Assembly (NCBI GenBank): GCA_001642005.1
Contig: LWCA01000055.1
Location: 1,890 to 65,889 of the forward strand
Source: Intoshia linei
Taxonomy: Eukaryota > Animalia > Orthonectida
Length of the DNA: 64,000 nt
Reading direction: 5' to 3'
A program made the translations under genes and the position numbers. The notes beneath the pieces are model-generated. The model was not told the origin of the DNA, ran no database searches, and worked only from the letters and a program-made list of their open reading frames with translations. Each line of letters opens with the position of its first letter. The stretch's first letter is position 1. Shown piece after piece: positions 13,430 to 26,100 of this stretch.

Positions 13430-14460
13430 ATTGATTATTTCAATAACTACCAGTCTTAAAATTTTATAAAGTCTCCATTTCAATTACAGTTTTTTCTGGG
13501 GTGTTAGCAAAATAATTTTTAATCACCCAAACTCACATCTTACGAGTCAAAAAGCCTAATTATCCTTTTTTTTGAAAATCAAACTTGTTAGAGAATTTAA
13601 AAAAATATATAGTCTGATACAGATTTTAAAATGATAAATATTATCATCAATTTAAATTTAAAAAAAATATATCTTCGGGCCAAAACCCCAAATGACCCTT
13701 TTTTTATGAAAACAGCCCTGTAAGATGATCAATTTTGTGTATGTTACGAATATCCATATTAAAATATTTGAACGCAAAAAAAACACACCTACTTTTGCCC
13801 TAAATGTCCTTAAAAAAGGATAATGTACTGTGAAAATTTATACTAAATTTAAAATTGAAGCTTACTAAATTCAATAATTAGTAATTAATTTGTTGCTATG
13901 ATGTAAATTAAATTTTTTTCTATCAAAAAATCGTTTAAAGTTAAAATATAATACATTTAAATCGTTACAGAAATTACTTTAAGATGCATATTACAGCAAA
14001 AATTGAATATTAAAGTGATTTTTTGATCGTGAAGGCATCACGTTTTCAGATTAAAATTTTTTATGTGTATTAACTGGATGTAACTGTATCAACTATATTA
14101 TTTTTTAATACCTAGGACTATTTTCATTTTTAAAAAAAGGGTAATCTGTGGTTTTTATCGTAAAAATCACTTCTCTAGGTTGGTGATTTATGATTATGTT
14201 TATGAGTTTAAACACTATTCCAAAATTTATGTTGTATACAATTCTAGGACTCGTTTGACTTAAAAAAAAAGATAATTGGGGTTTTTTAATTAAAGAACTT
14301 AAATTCTGAAAGTGAAATTTGCGATAAAACATGACACTCGAAAAATTTATTGAATTTTTAAAGCTTGAGTCTTCTTACTTTCTTAAATAAACTGATACAC
14401 AGATAGACAAATAAATAAAAATACATACATTTTTATCTAAATTACTTTATATACGTAAGG
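13430..14460. mobile_element. Helitron-family internal fragments in both orientations
   Basis: 13435-13720 matches 46370-46630 (+); 14020-14460 matches the 56516-56962 and 10540-10910 type (-). Confidence 0.6.
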
Positions 14461-15299
14461 TGGAGATGATGATGATGATATTGGATCAGTTTTAACATTT
14501 CCTATATAGATAGGTTTATCAATTTAATATATGAAATTGACAAACTAAAATGAAACATTTACGAATAAAATTTTAATAATTTATTAATTATATTTTACTA
14601 TATAATATTGAATTTTTTTTTTTTGATATTTATATAGTTCCCTCGATGGTCTCTGGTAAGTTTCGTTCATCCAACAACATTTTATCAATAGAATGTAAAG
14701 ATTGCGATAGTGTCCAAATTTTATTTCCAACTTGAACTATTCCAATCAAAACATCACTCATGTATTAAACAACGTCTTCAGGTCCAGCTAAAATGTACAT
14801 AGTTATATAATTAACATTTACTTGCACAAATTAGTTAATGGATATACAATTCAAACATCATCTTTTTAAAAAAAAGTAAATTATAGGTACTATCCAAACG
14901 TAGACCAAGAGGATGCATTTATAATGAAAATTAGTACAATACACCATTATTTCTTTCAGCAGACTTATATTTATCAAAATTAATATATATTAATTATTTA
15001 TAATTAATAATTATAATTATTATAATTATAATATAATATATAATATAAAAAAAGCACTTTTGAAATGATAAAACGAGTCAAAAAATAATAAAATGTTATC
15101 GTTGATTTATATTTACAATGCGTTTGAAAACAAAAATTTTATATTAAAATCATTAATCAAATGAAAAAGAAAAACGGATATTGCTTAAATAGAATTAATC
15201 AATATCAAATAAATTAGATTTAAACCACAAAAATTATCAAAATTTTCTGATTCAAATTAGTTGATCATATATTTATAACAAAAAATATGTTACAACATT

Positions 15300-15430
15300 A
15301 AAATTTTTAAATGGCCGATCTTTCCTTAAAATACGTTTTAACATTAAGAATGATCGTTCTACTGAATCGGAAGTGCATTGCAAAGTTGTAAATCACAATA
15401 TAAAGATGATTCCATATTTCCTACAGGATT
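15300..15430 (-). mobile_element. hAT-like transposase C-terminal remnant
   Basis: QCTSDSVERSFLML resembles the TSxxVERSFS dimerisation motif. Confidence 0.5.
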
Positions 15431-18019
15431 TATAATATCATTAATGTGAGAGTAAATTTCTTTGATTTATAAATAAAATATAAACCAAAGGATAGGCAAT
15501 CTTGACAGAGCTAAATTTTCCAAAGTATAATAGTGAAAGGAAAAAACAATAGTTAGGAAATGTAATGAGATGATCAGATAAGCTTGAGAAAAAGAAAACG
15601 ACTGAAAAATTTATTAGGAAAATAAAATTTAAAACTGTTTAAATATAAAATTAACCATTTAGTTAACATGAAAATGTGAAAGTTTTAAAATTTAAATGTA
15701 AAAATTAAATGTTTACTGTATAATACAAAATGTCTACTTATATAGTATTCACAAAAGAGCAAATAAATTTTGAAAAAATCGAGCACTATAAATTGAAAAA
15801 CGAGTACATTTTTACATTCCGAGTAATCATGCAACATTTGTATTAAAAAGAGCAGATGTCAATTATTTTAGTGTATATGAGTATTTCGATCACTTTACTC
15901 GTTTTTATCTACTCTAATTATAACAGTGTAAATATATATACTTAAAGCTTTATTAAACATAAAATCACCCATGGATCATGGGTCATGGTATTATATTATA
16001 TAAATGTTATTATATATTACTAGGTTCCGGTAATTCATTGATGAAATTAATAACTTCTCCAATAGCATCAGTGAAACAAGATATTTTGTCTAAACTGTTA
16101 CCAAATTCAGAAACTATAATTTGGCAAATTATAATTATTAAATTAAATTTTAATAAACAAATATAAATTAAAATGAAATGTTACTGGAAGCCATGTCATT
16201 AATATCAAAATTGGGACATATTCCATTTTCGAAATCTAAATTGAAAATATAAATTTTTTTATTTTTCAACTGTTAAATAATATGATCAATGATTATACAT
16301 AAATTACTTAAATGTACTTACCTATTTCAGATAAAATTTCAATAAGTTCATTTACTGCCTCAGATGTACATTCATCTTCCCAAATGTCAAATTTGCGTGC
16401 AGGGTCACAATTTTTGAAATCTATTTTAAATTTATTGGTAGTTTTTAAAAGTAAAATTACTAAATGCATAAAATTGCATAAATATTTCAAAAACTTTCTG
16501 GAATTTTCTTCCTTCATTTTCCTCAAGGCTATTTAATTTATCTAATATGATTTCTACTAATTCTTCTACATCAGCAACTAAATGTATTGTATAATTACAT
16601 GATATTTATTTAAATTTAATCAAGACCCTTTTTTTTCATATTGTTTCGTTATTTCGTATATTATAATGCCATTATAGTTAAAAATTCACCTTCTGGATCA
16701 GATTCAAAGAAATTTTTTATTTTTTCAATTCCGCTCTCGAATTTACCGTGTACACGTTCAATCATATCTAGCCAGTTTTTTCCATTTTCAAACATTTCCT
16801 GCTTTTCAATTTCTAAAATTTAATAAAACAAATTTTTTGTTAGATTCATTATATTTCATGTTAATTAAAATTAGTAAATTGTGTTACATTCGAATTTTTT
16901 ATTTGGATGCTCTTCATCTTTATCTTTACGGCATTTTTTTTTTCCATTCATTTCTTTTTTTATTTTGATTAAAGATTTCATTATTGGATGTGTACGTTTA
17001 TCAACTGACCCATGTGTTAAATCGGCTATAGCGTCATTAAGTTGTCTTTTAGTTTCTATGACAGTTCTTTTTACTGTGAGTTTAACGTTGTTTTTCTTTT
17101 TTGCCTCTTCTACATCATGGTGGGCTTTATCAACTATATCTTTTTTGCCTCGCATTACACTTCTTAGCTTACTTAAATCATCGTCAATTTCGTCCATGTT
17201 GTCATCATCATCATCATTTTGACCATCACGTTTCAAAAGTAATTTTATTACTCTTTTCTTTAAAATATTGTACTATATTTAATATATTGTAGTATCATTT
17301 TAAAAATTTATTATTAATTACTATTATTAATATTGATATACATGTCATGTTGCATGTTGTCATGTAGATGTTAAATTTATATAGACCAGGGGTGTCAGAC
17401 TCAATTTGCTCAACGGGCCAAATGTGAAAAAAATTATGTTAAAACTAACAGATTTAATTAATTAATATATATACACTATAGTATTTAATAATATATTGTA
17501 TTGTAAACAATTATTTATGAACCTTGATTGATAAATCCTTTCCCAAAATTAGTTCTTTGTGGTTGTTCATCTATTACGTTAATAACAATATGATTATTGT
17601 CACCGCTTAGATTATTCGGCCTGACATCTATTAGTAAAACATATATAATAAATAATCAAGCTAGTATATATATTGTATACTAGCTTGAGTGTTATGTTCT
17701 TCGTACAAACATTAACGAGCTCTGCCGAGTACGGCCTTTTTTAATTCAAAATTTCTATCAAAAAATACATTCAATAATATTAGCTTACATAAAAATGCTA
17801 CTATTCACCACAGTTAACACTCGTAAAATGTCTACTTTTTTGTGAAAGTGATCACGTTTTCCACTATAGGTACAATTATCATACTACCATAGTTATGGTA
17901 CTAATTAAACTAATTAAAAAAATAATGAGTCATTATTAAGGACTTAGACTGTATATGTATTAATATTTATTTATTATATTTATCTAAGAATCTAAATGTA
18001 TTAAATATGTAATCATTGT

Positions 18020-18250
18020 CATCAGAGCTCAGTTTCGGATTTCAAATTTTCAGCCAGGGGAACAAAATAATTATAATTATTAAGGGGCTAAACTGATGTA
18101 ATGCATTTAAATTAAAATTTTTGTAATATGTTTTTTCTTCTAGTTTTCATTCTACTAAATTTTTCAACAATGGCATCAAAATCGAGATTTTCGACTAGTT
18201 CTTTCGATGGTCAACAAAGTGAAGTGTGATAATTCAACTTAAACTGCTGT
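18020..18250 (-). mobile_element. hAT transposase C-terminal remnant
   Basis: ELVENLDFDAIVEKFSRMKTRRK is a typical hAT dimerisation-domain tail. Confidence 0.55.
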
Positions 18251-19517
18251 TATTAGCATAAAAAATAATTTATAGATTGATGATCATTGATCATTACATA
18301 AAACGTATACAATAATCACAAACATAATTCAATAAATGCAATTTCATGGGTCCCAAAAAAAGTTTGGTAATTTAATACAAAAATTAAAATATTTTAGAGG
18401 TACATTTGTTACGCCAAGGGGCTCTTAGATCCACTACTGCTTGTGCTAGTTCAGTTAGGAGCCAAAATTAATTGATCTTTTACAACTGGTTATTTAATTT
18501 TATCAAAATGAATGTAATACTGCTTCCAAGCACTAAATTTCCTTCTCTAACAATTTCTCGTACATTTACTTGTGTGTTTTCAATTAAACTATCGTTTGTT
18601 TCATTTTCTGCATTCGGTGTTATATCTTTTAATAAAAACATGTTAATATAATAATTAATCTGAATGCTTATAATCTTAAATAAATACTTTATTTAAATTT
18701 AAAGCTAAAATATAATTAAGACTACACATTAAGGTGTTAACATTTTTCTAAAACATAAAATCCAAGGTTGTACGGCATGAGAAATGAGTTAAAACTAACC
18801 TCTATGATTTTAGTATTGCAAAAACATCAGACTACTCAGCGATTTAAAATTACTCGTTTAATTTGAAATTAACTTTATTTTGATTGTTAATTATTAAATT
18901 TATTATAATTTTGAAGATGATTAACACTGTCATTTAATAATTCATCATCAATATACTTGATTCACACCTTCTCACGAAGATATTGGACTTTGTGTATTGC
19001 ACGTTCGGCCACTTCGTTTGTTAGAGCAACATTAAATGGGGGTATGGAGGTATAATTATGTTTTTTTAGAAACATAGACAATAAAAATATTTAAAATGAT
19101 CAACCTCACTCGAATCGACATTTTTCCAACACCCCATTCTAGATTATATTATTTTACATGAAAATACACTAGATGCGCACTAGTCGCTCTATTCTTGAAT
19201 ACGTGTGACACCCTAATCGACATATTAAAGAATTATTTTTAAATTTTCACAATTTCAGATAAAACTAATTTTATCAATTACATAAATTTAAATAGATATT
19301 AATTTTAAAATATTTCTGGCATTAATTTTTTTATAATTAGAAATTGCGGACAAGTTGAGTTATTTTAAATGTTTTTAAATTTTATATTTTAATTTCTTGA
19401 TATATAAGATAAAATGTGTCCCTATAAACCCGAGCTAAAACTTAAAAACGGGAAAATTAACTAATATTACAAACTTACATTTTAATGGTGTTTACATTGC
19501 ATGTCATACAATATTAT

Positions 19518-19754
19518 CAGTGGTGGCTCTTCATTGAAGTTTTATGGGCTACAGTGCAGTGTTATAATTAAATTAACTGAATAAAATTAACTAAAATTAT
19601 TTAATTAAATTCATACACTAACAGTGCACTGTTTGTAGCCTGATATTCGTAAATTTCCTCGTGTAACAGTATTACAATTCAATACATGCCAAATACATGT
19701 CTATGAATATGTTCATGCAGTTTCACTAATTATTTTGTCTACGAGCCGCCACTG
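19518..19754. mobile_element. hAT MITE (Tip100/Ac-like termini)
   Basis: CAGTGGTGGCTC...GAGCCGCCACTG with perfect 8-bp TSD AATATTAT. Confidence 0.85.
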
Positions 19755-21470
19755 AATATTATATTCAGATTAATCCTTATTATTATTATTGTTTGAATAC
19801 CATTATGTGAAAATTGTACATGGCCACCTTTTGTGTTCCTTTCATTCAATTTTTGGTCGGCCCTATGTCGAAGAATATGCATGGATGTGACATCTAATTA
19901 ATTAAATTCAAATTAAATTATTACAAAATCATTAATATACAAAACTACAATTCAAAAAAAAAATAATAAATTCTCCTAAAATTTTAAAAAGAAACCAAAA
20001 TTAAACCACCACGGTCAACTTTAAAGTTCAAAGGTCAATATAACGCGTCGATGCTAAATTATATTACATTAGTTTAAATTAATATACTAAATTAATTTAC
20101 AATTTAGTATTTTCTTTAATGTTTAACAACTTAATGTTAAGTTATATTAACCATTTTTAAAATAAATTTCATTTTAAAATTAATAAGTATGACCTTAAGA
20201 CATGATAATTCCAAATATTATTTGGAAAACTCGTTTAATTTTCATTTAATTTTTAAAACTATTTTGAAAATGGTTTAGCGATAATCTCAACAATGATAAA
20301 CATATCAACAGTTATATTTTATTACTTTATTTCACGAAATAAGAATAATTTAAAAAACTGTGCATTTCTTTTTATTTGCTTTGTACTAACAATCCTTAGT
20401 AAAGAAATAATTAATTTACAAAGTGTGCAATGCATAGTATCATTGTATTGCATATTATACTTTTTAGCTCAGAATGTAGATAAAAACATACTTGAACATT
20501 AGGGTGTCAAGTGATTTTTACCTAGTTATATTTTCCTTTACTGGTAGGGAAAATCGTATTCGTTCTCAAAATCGACAGATATGATGCAATTGAATTTCAA
20601 TACATTGTAATACATTGTAGACAGCACATTTTTTAAAAGCATAAACATTATCATAAATCACAACCTCAAAAAAATGGTAATTTGAGGTTTTAGTCGTGAA
20701 GCTATAAGATTTTGAAATTAAAATTTATCATAATTTTTTATTATTTTAAAATCTGTATTTATATAAATTAACTAGCTTTACTGTTATGTACTTCGTAAAA
20801 ACAGCAGATAGATTTGCCAACGGTCGACTTTTTAATTGATTATATACAGTGTGTACCATTTAAAACAGTGCAATTGAAAATAAGAAGTTTATCAAAAAAC
20901 ATTTTCACTAGTAACACCCAAATTTGATCAATAATAAAATTATTTGGATATTTATCTAAAGTATTTAATCCTTACAAAACTATGCTGATTTTCAAAATTG
21001 AAAGCAAAAAATTTCACTTTTGAAATGTTAAAAAACACCAAAAAAGTAAAAATTAAAATTCAGAAATTTCAAACATGATTATTTGTAAAGTGAACAACTT
21101 AAATTTAACTTTAATATTTGGCTTACTTGGCTAATTCTAAGTTATACATAGCAATAAAATATATTTAATTTATGACACGTAATTACAATCACGTCGCGTG
21201 ATTGTATTTTATTAGAATATTTTATTTTAGGCACAAAGTAAACATTGATAATAAAATAAATTTTTACGAATATTACATGTTATTGTATGATCATTATTAT
21301 AATATATTATAAGCTCATTGAGCAGTAATTTGTTCATAATTTATATTAATACCGCCTTATTTTGGTTTGTATACAAACCAATATAAATTTTTGAGTGTAG
21401 TTTTTGGCATCTATACATGCAATTGTTTGGTAAGGGTTAAGAAATAGAAACATAAAATTATTTAATTTAA

Positions 21471-21684
21471 CCCTTTCACTGTCTGATGCAATTTTATATA
21501 CTATTACCACACGTCTGAAATTTATGTTTTAATTTAAATTTGTATTATTTTTAAATTACCTATGTGAAAATGTGAAAATAAAAGAATAAAGTTTTTCAAA
21601 ATTATGCTGTGTATATCACAGAATACATAAACGTGTGAAGTGAAATTGCTGTGCATAGTATAAAATACACAGACAGTGAATGGG
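21471..21684. mobile_element. piggyBac-type MITE
   Basis: TTAA|CCCTTTCACTGTCTG...CAGACAGTGAATGGG|TTAA. Confidence 0.88.
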
Positions 21685-21691
21685 TTAATAA

Positions 21692-21815
21692 CAGGGGTGT
21701 AAGACACAATTTGCTTGGCGAAACAAATATGTGTACAAAATTGTTATAAAAAATAAAAATTTATATTATAACGCAAGCCGGAAATGGCCCGAGGGTCGCA
21801 TAATTGACACCCCTG
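21692..21815. mobile_element. hAT MITE
   Basis: CAGGGGTGTAA...TTGACACCCCTG with perfect TSD GTTAATAA. Confidence 0.85.
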
Positions 21816-23118
21816 GTTAATAATAAATGTTCAAAATGACTACCATCAGATTGGATACATAAATCAATGCGTTTAAGGAAATTATTCTAAACATTAGATA
21901 ATTCTTGAGTGCTAATTGAGTTAATACTGTTAATGTTATTGGTTTTTAAGAATTCTATATTTAAAGGGGAATTTTTATAAATTTTAGATTTTATTGATCC
22001 CCACAAATAAAAATCATATGGCGTTAGATCAGGAGACCTTGGTGACCATATACTTTTTGATATTATTTTTTCGTCAAATTTTTGATTTAACCAATTCATG
22101 AATATTAATGAAGTATGGCATGTTGCTCATTCTTGTTGAAACCACACTTTTTTGCGTTCAATTGGGTTTAATAAATTGTAAAATTGCTCCAAAATATTAA
22201 TATACAATTTACTGTTATTATTAGTAGTAGTAATACACATCAATTTTGTATCATTCTGTATTTACGTCAATTTACATACAATTAAATTGTAATTGGTAAA
22301 ATTTATCTGAAGTTAAATTATAGTTACACTAATTAATGTATTCGCGCAAATGGTTATATTTATAATAAAACCATGCACGGTCAACAATTTCAAATTCTTA
22401 TCCGCCGCCTATTCGTTGTCAATTTTTTTAAAATTTGAGCATTTAAAATAATTACATGTTTGAATATCGTAACTATTTTTTATTTTAAATTTAAACTCTA
22501 ACATCATATCCATGGTAAGTATAAATAAGGTATTATATAAGTATATTATAAGTATTAAGTATAAATTTCGAGAAATGTTAAAAATGTCAAATTTTTCGAA
22601 GTAAATTTAGTTAAAATCATTTATCTCTATTAAACGTTCTGTAGTGATTTTCAAAGCTATATAAGGTGATTTCAATAAGCTTTTCTATATTTATTTATCT
22701 ATATTTTATATATTATGAATATACGTGTTTTTCGACTGTGATTAAAATTATTTACAAGATAAATTATAGATATGCATTATTGTACATAAATAATCAAATT
22801 TATTTTAGAGTAAAATATATTAATTAGTCAGTAATTTTCTTAGAAACTTTGTTATACATATTTGTATTACAATATTGATTTCACGAAATTCCATAATTCG
22901 CCAAAAATTTTGAATTTCCAATTTTGGCGATTAGTGGAGGTGGAACTTTACATCAGGGATTATTTTAACAAATTATTACAACTACACATGTAGTTGTTAA
23001 CATTATTATATTATTTTAAATTATATATTGTTTTTCGGTTCCCTTGAAACGTAAATACAATTATAATAAATTATATGTTGACTTGGTACAATTACTAATA
23101 AAAATATTTGAGAAAAAA

Positions 23119-26100
23119 ATGAATTTTTTATTTACACTCGTAAAAGATAAAAGGCAGACTACAAATCTAATAAAATCAAAAAAAATCTTAAATAATCTTT
23201 ATAAATGGTAACATTAAAATTAATTTTTGAGAATACATCACATTCAAATTTATACAATTTATAGGGGAATGGATAAATCGTTAATATTTGAAACTTTTAC
23301 ATATAATGAAAAATTAAATGAAATGAATACTCAACAATTTGTTAAGGTTTATCAATTTGTTTCTCACCTATTTAGAAACCTAATATAGATACTCGTAACT
23401 CATTTCCATTTGGGGTGTACAATGTAGATTCTAGATTGTATTAATATTAGTTATAAGGAAATAATGAATACTTGCAATCCTATATTAAATTTAATTTTAA
23501 AATTGTCATATTGAATATAGTTCCTAACTGTACCTACAGTACCCGGTGTATTTATAATGTAGACCAGTGATTTTTAAGAGGTCATGTGGTCCTTAAAGTC
23601 AACTGGATAAATTACACGTATAGGCGTCCACCAGCTTTACATTGCCGTCGCATTCTCGACAATGGAGGAAATTTTGGTCTCCAGTAATATGCTAAACCGT
23701 CTGATCTATTCTATTTGCACTATTAATTTCTGAAAAAAAGGTCCAATCTGTGTTTGTTATTTTTATTAAAAATTACCTCATATTATTGTCACCTGCATTT
23801 AAATATGGGTACATTTAAATTTTTTTCGAGTCGAATTTAAAATTTGAATTTGATTTTGAAAATCAAACAAGTTCGAGAATTTATTAAACTGTATACTCTG
23901 ATACGAATTTTAAAATCATAAATATTATCATAAATTTAAATTTAAAAAAAAATCTCCAGGTCCTGTTAACACACACACACAAAAATTTCAATCTGAATAA
24001 GTGATGCCTTCACGGTCAAAAAAGCATTTTTATTTTGATATATTTTTTTTCCGAAATATTTTAATAAAACAAAAAATCTGAAATAATTAACGGTCCAAAA
24101 ATTAAAAAAAAGATTATTCTGATAAAGCTTATTCCAGTTAATATAAATACAAAATTTATACTTCAGAAAACTACGCATACCAGGTGAAAAATAACTTTTA
24201 CTATATTATCAAGGCTACGAATAATATAAAATAGCTGAAGGGGTCATAGACAGAAAAAGGTTAAGACCCACTAATGTAGACACTCTATCTGATATATTCC
24301 GAGTGTGAAAAACAAATTTTTTAGTTATTTTATTATTGCCCATTGATTTTAATTTTTTAGGATTTGATTGATAATGAATATTTTAATCATTGGACAATGA
24401 ATAAAAAAGGTATTTTTAGTCTAATAAAACTAGTTGTATAATATAGTACAAGTAATTTATCATCTATTATAATAGTTACAGAAATTTCGTGCGATAAAAT
24501 ACCTTGCAACATTACAAATATGGATTTTTTCAATCGAATTTGTAACAATGAGATTGTACGTGAAGGTGGAGAAATTTGTGGGTGTATGGATGTTATGTGT
24601 AATGATTATATAATTGATAATGAACTGAAAAAGGTAATATTATTGAATCAACTACAAAAGCATTTTCCTAACCTACTTTTGTGGGCCGGTAAAGGTATAA
24701 AATTTATAAAATGTTATTAGAGTGGTTTTCATCGGGACATAGATCGCTATTTTTGATTTATTTGAAATAATTATGGTATTTTTCTTCGACCATTTTACCT
24801 CTAGAAAATTATACGGAGCGGTGATGGAAAACGCTGAATTACATCGTTGTATAACATAGTGAAGATTAAAATAATTTATTTACAATTTTAATAATAGTTA
24901 TTTTATTGTTTTAGTTATTAATATTTCCTGAAGAAAGTGATTTCTTTGATATATATTCCTCCGATGAAAGAAAACAGTTCATTTTTCTTCTTTTAAAACA
25001 TTTAGTTATAGGTGGAAAATTTTGTCAATATGATAGTAATATTGAAACATACATTTCTACAATCAAATCAATATACAAATATTTAATAACGTAATAGTAT
25101 TAATAGTGACGCGACGGTTATTAAATTTTTAACGATTCTGATTAGAAAAAGTTTGGAAAAGCTGAATTCTATCTATCTGCAATTTAAAATATATATCATA
25201 CATTAGGGTGTCACATTTTTTGAACAATTTTAGAATTCGATGGGCAATTAGCACTAAAAGTGTGTATTTTTAAAATAGAAAAACAAATTCGCAATCAAAA
25301 ATATTTAACGCTATCTATTCGAGTTGCGTTTGTCATTTTAAATATCACTATAAGTATTATAAAAAAATTAAAACTGAACTTTATTTTAATGGAAATCGGG
25401 GTTTGAGCTTTAAAACGTGGTACCGCCTTTATAATACTGTTCTCCATGTTTAGTTATACAGTTTATTTTTTTAAATTTTTTCTAGTTTTTTTGGATTTTA
25501 TTAACGATTTAATTTCTCTAATTTCGATAAAAGAATTCTGGTTATTTACAATATAATAAATTTATTCAAATACAATACATTCACGATCTTGTTAATCATG
25601 TTTGCAAAAATAAAGTCGTGTTTGCAATGAATATGGTCAATACAGAGATTCCATAATATACCAAAATTTATTACATATTTTTTGTTAAAATAACTTTTAA
25701 GTCATTTTTAAGAAGCACAAATTAAATTAATCTATCACAATATATTCGGAAAATTTTTTTTCATGATAATTGTATCATAATAATTTTTAATTGCACATGT
25801 TTCGATAATTATATTTAAATTTTATATTATTTAATTAAATAAATTTATATTTATAATTTTAAATATATTTATATAGAGTTAATATTATTTGCATGAATTG
25901 TTGTTTCAAGAACATGATTGGATGTAATTCTACTTTTACAACCAGAACTTACACATTTCCAGTATAATGTGGTCATGTTCCTTTAATGTATTGTATACAT
26001 ATATCTAAAGTGGTATAGCTTAGCCTTTCCTCTTATTGTCGAAAATAATTTTATACTGTTCGATTATATGTTGATGTTAGTCTCTTCCATTAAGTCTTTT

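Larger units (their letters stand above)
14630..18626 (-). pseudogene. Gene B: paralog of gene A, probably pseudogenised; 5' exons uncertain (may extend to ~20.3 kb)
   Basis: Exons ~18626-18520, ~18485-18406, 17257-16888, 16812-16690, 16577-16461 (117 nt), 16420-16322 (99 nt), 16235-16185 (51 nt), 16113-16021, 14787-14630. The 117/99/51 lengths and phases equal gene A's; ADVEELVEIILDKL aligns with PEVEELVEIIIDQL. There is an in-frame TAA at 14767-14765 and a T|AA stop across the 16888/16812 junction. Confidence 0.7.
20847..22210 (-). mobile_element. Tc1/mariner (Tc3-like) element remnant with nested MITEs
   Basis: TA|CAGTGTGTACCATTTAAAACAGTGCA TIR at 20847. Transposase remnant WFQQE..ATCHT...WSPRSPDLTPYDFYLWG...DGSHFEHLL at ~21820-22200. 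Confidence 0.85.

Noticed and set aside
11500-16890. Stop-codon reassignment (TAA read as sense), suggested by several in-frame TAAs
   Set aside because: Conserved genes here end in TAA or TAG (CFAP300, DPM1) and show no internal stops, and the 11.5-12.8 kb ORF also has frameshifts. Decay in an AT-biased genome explains the pattern.
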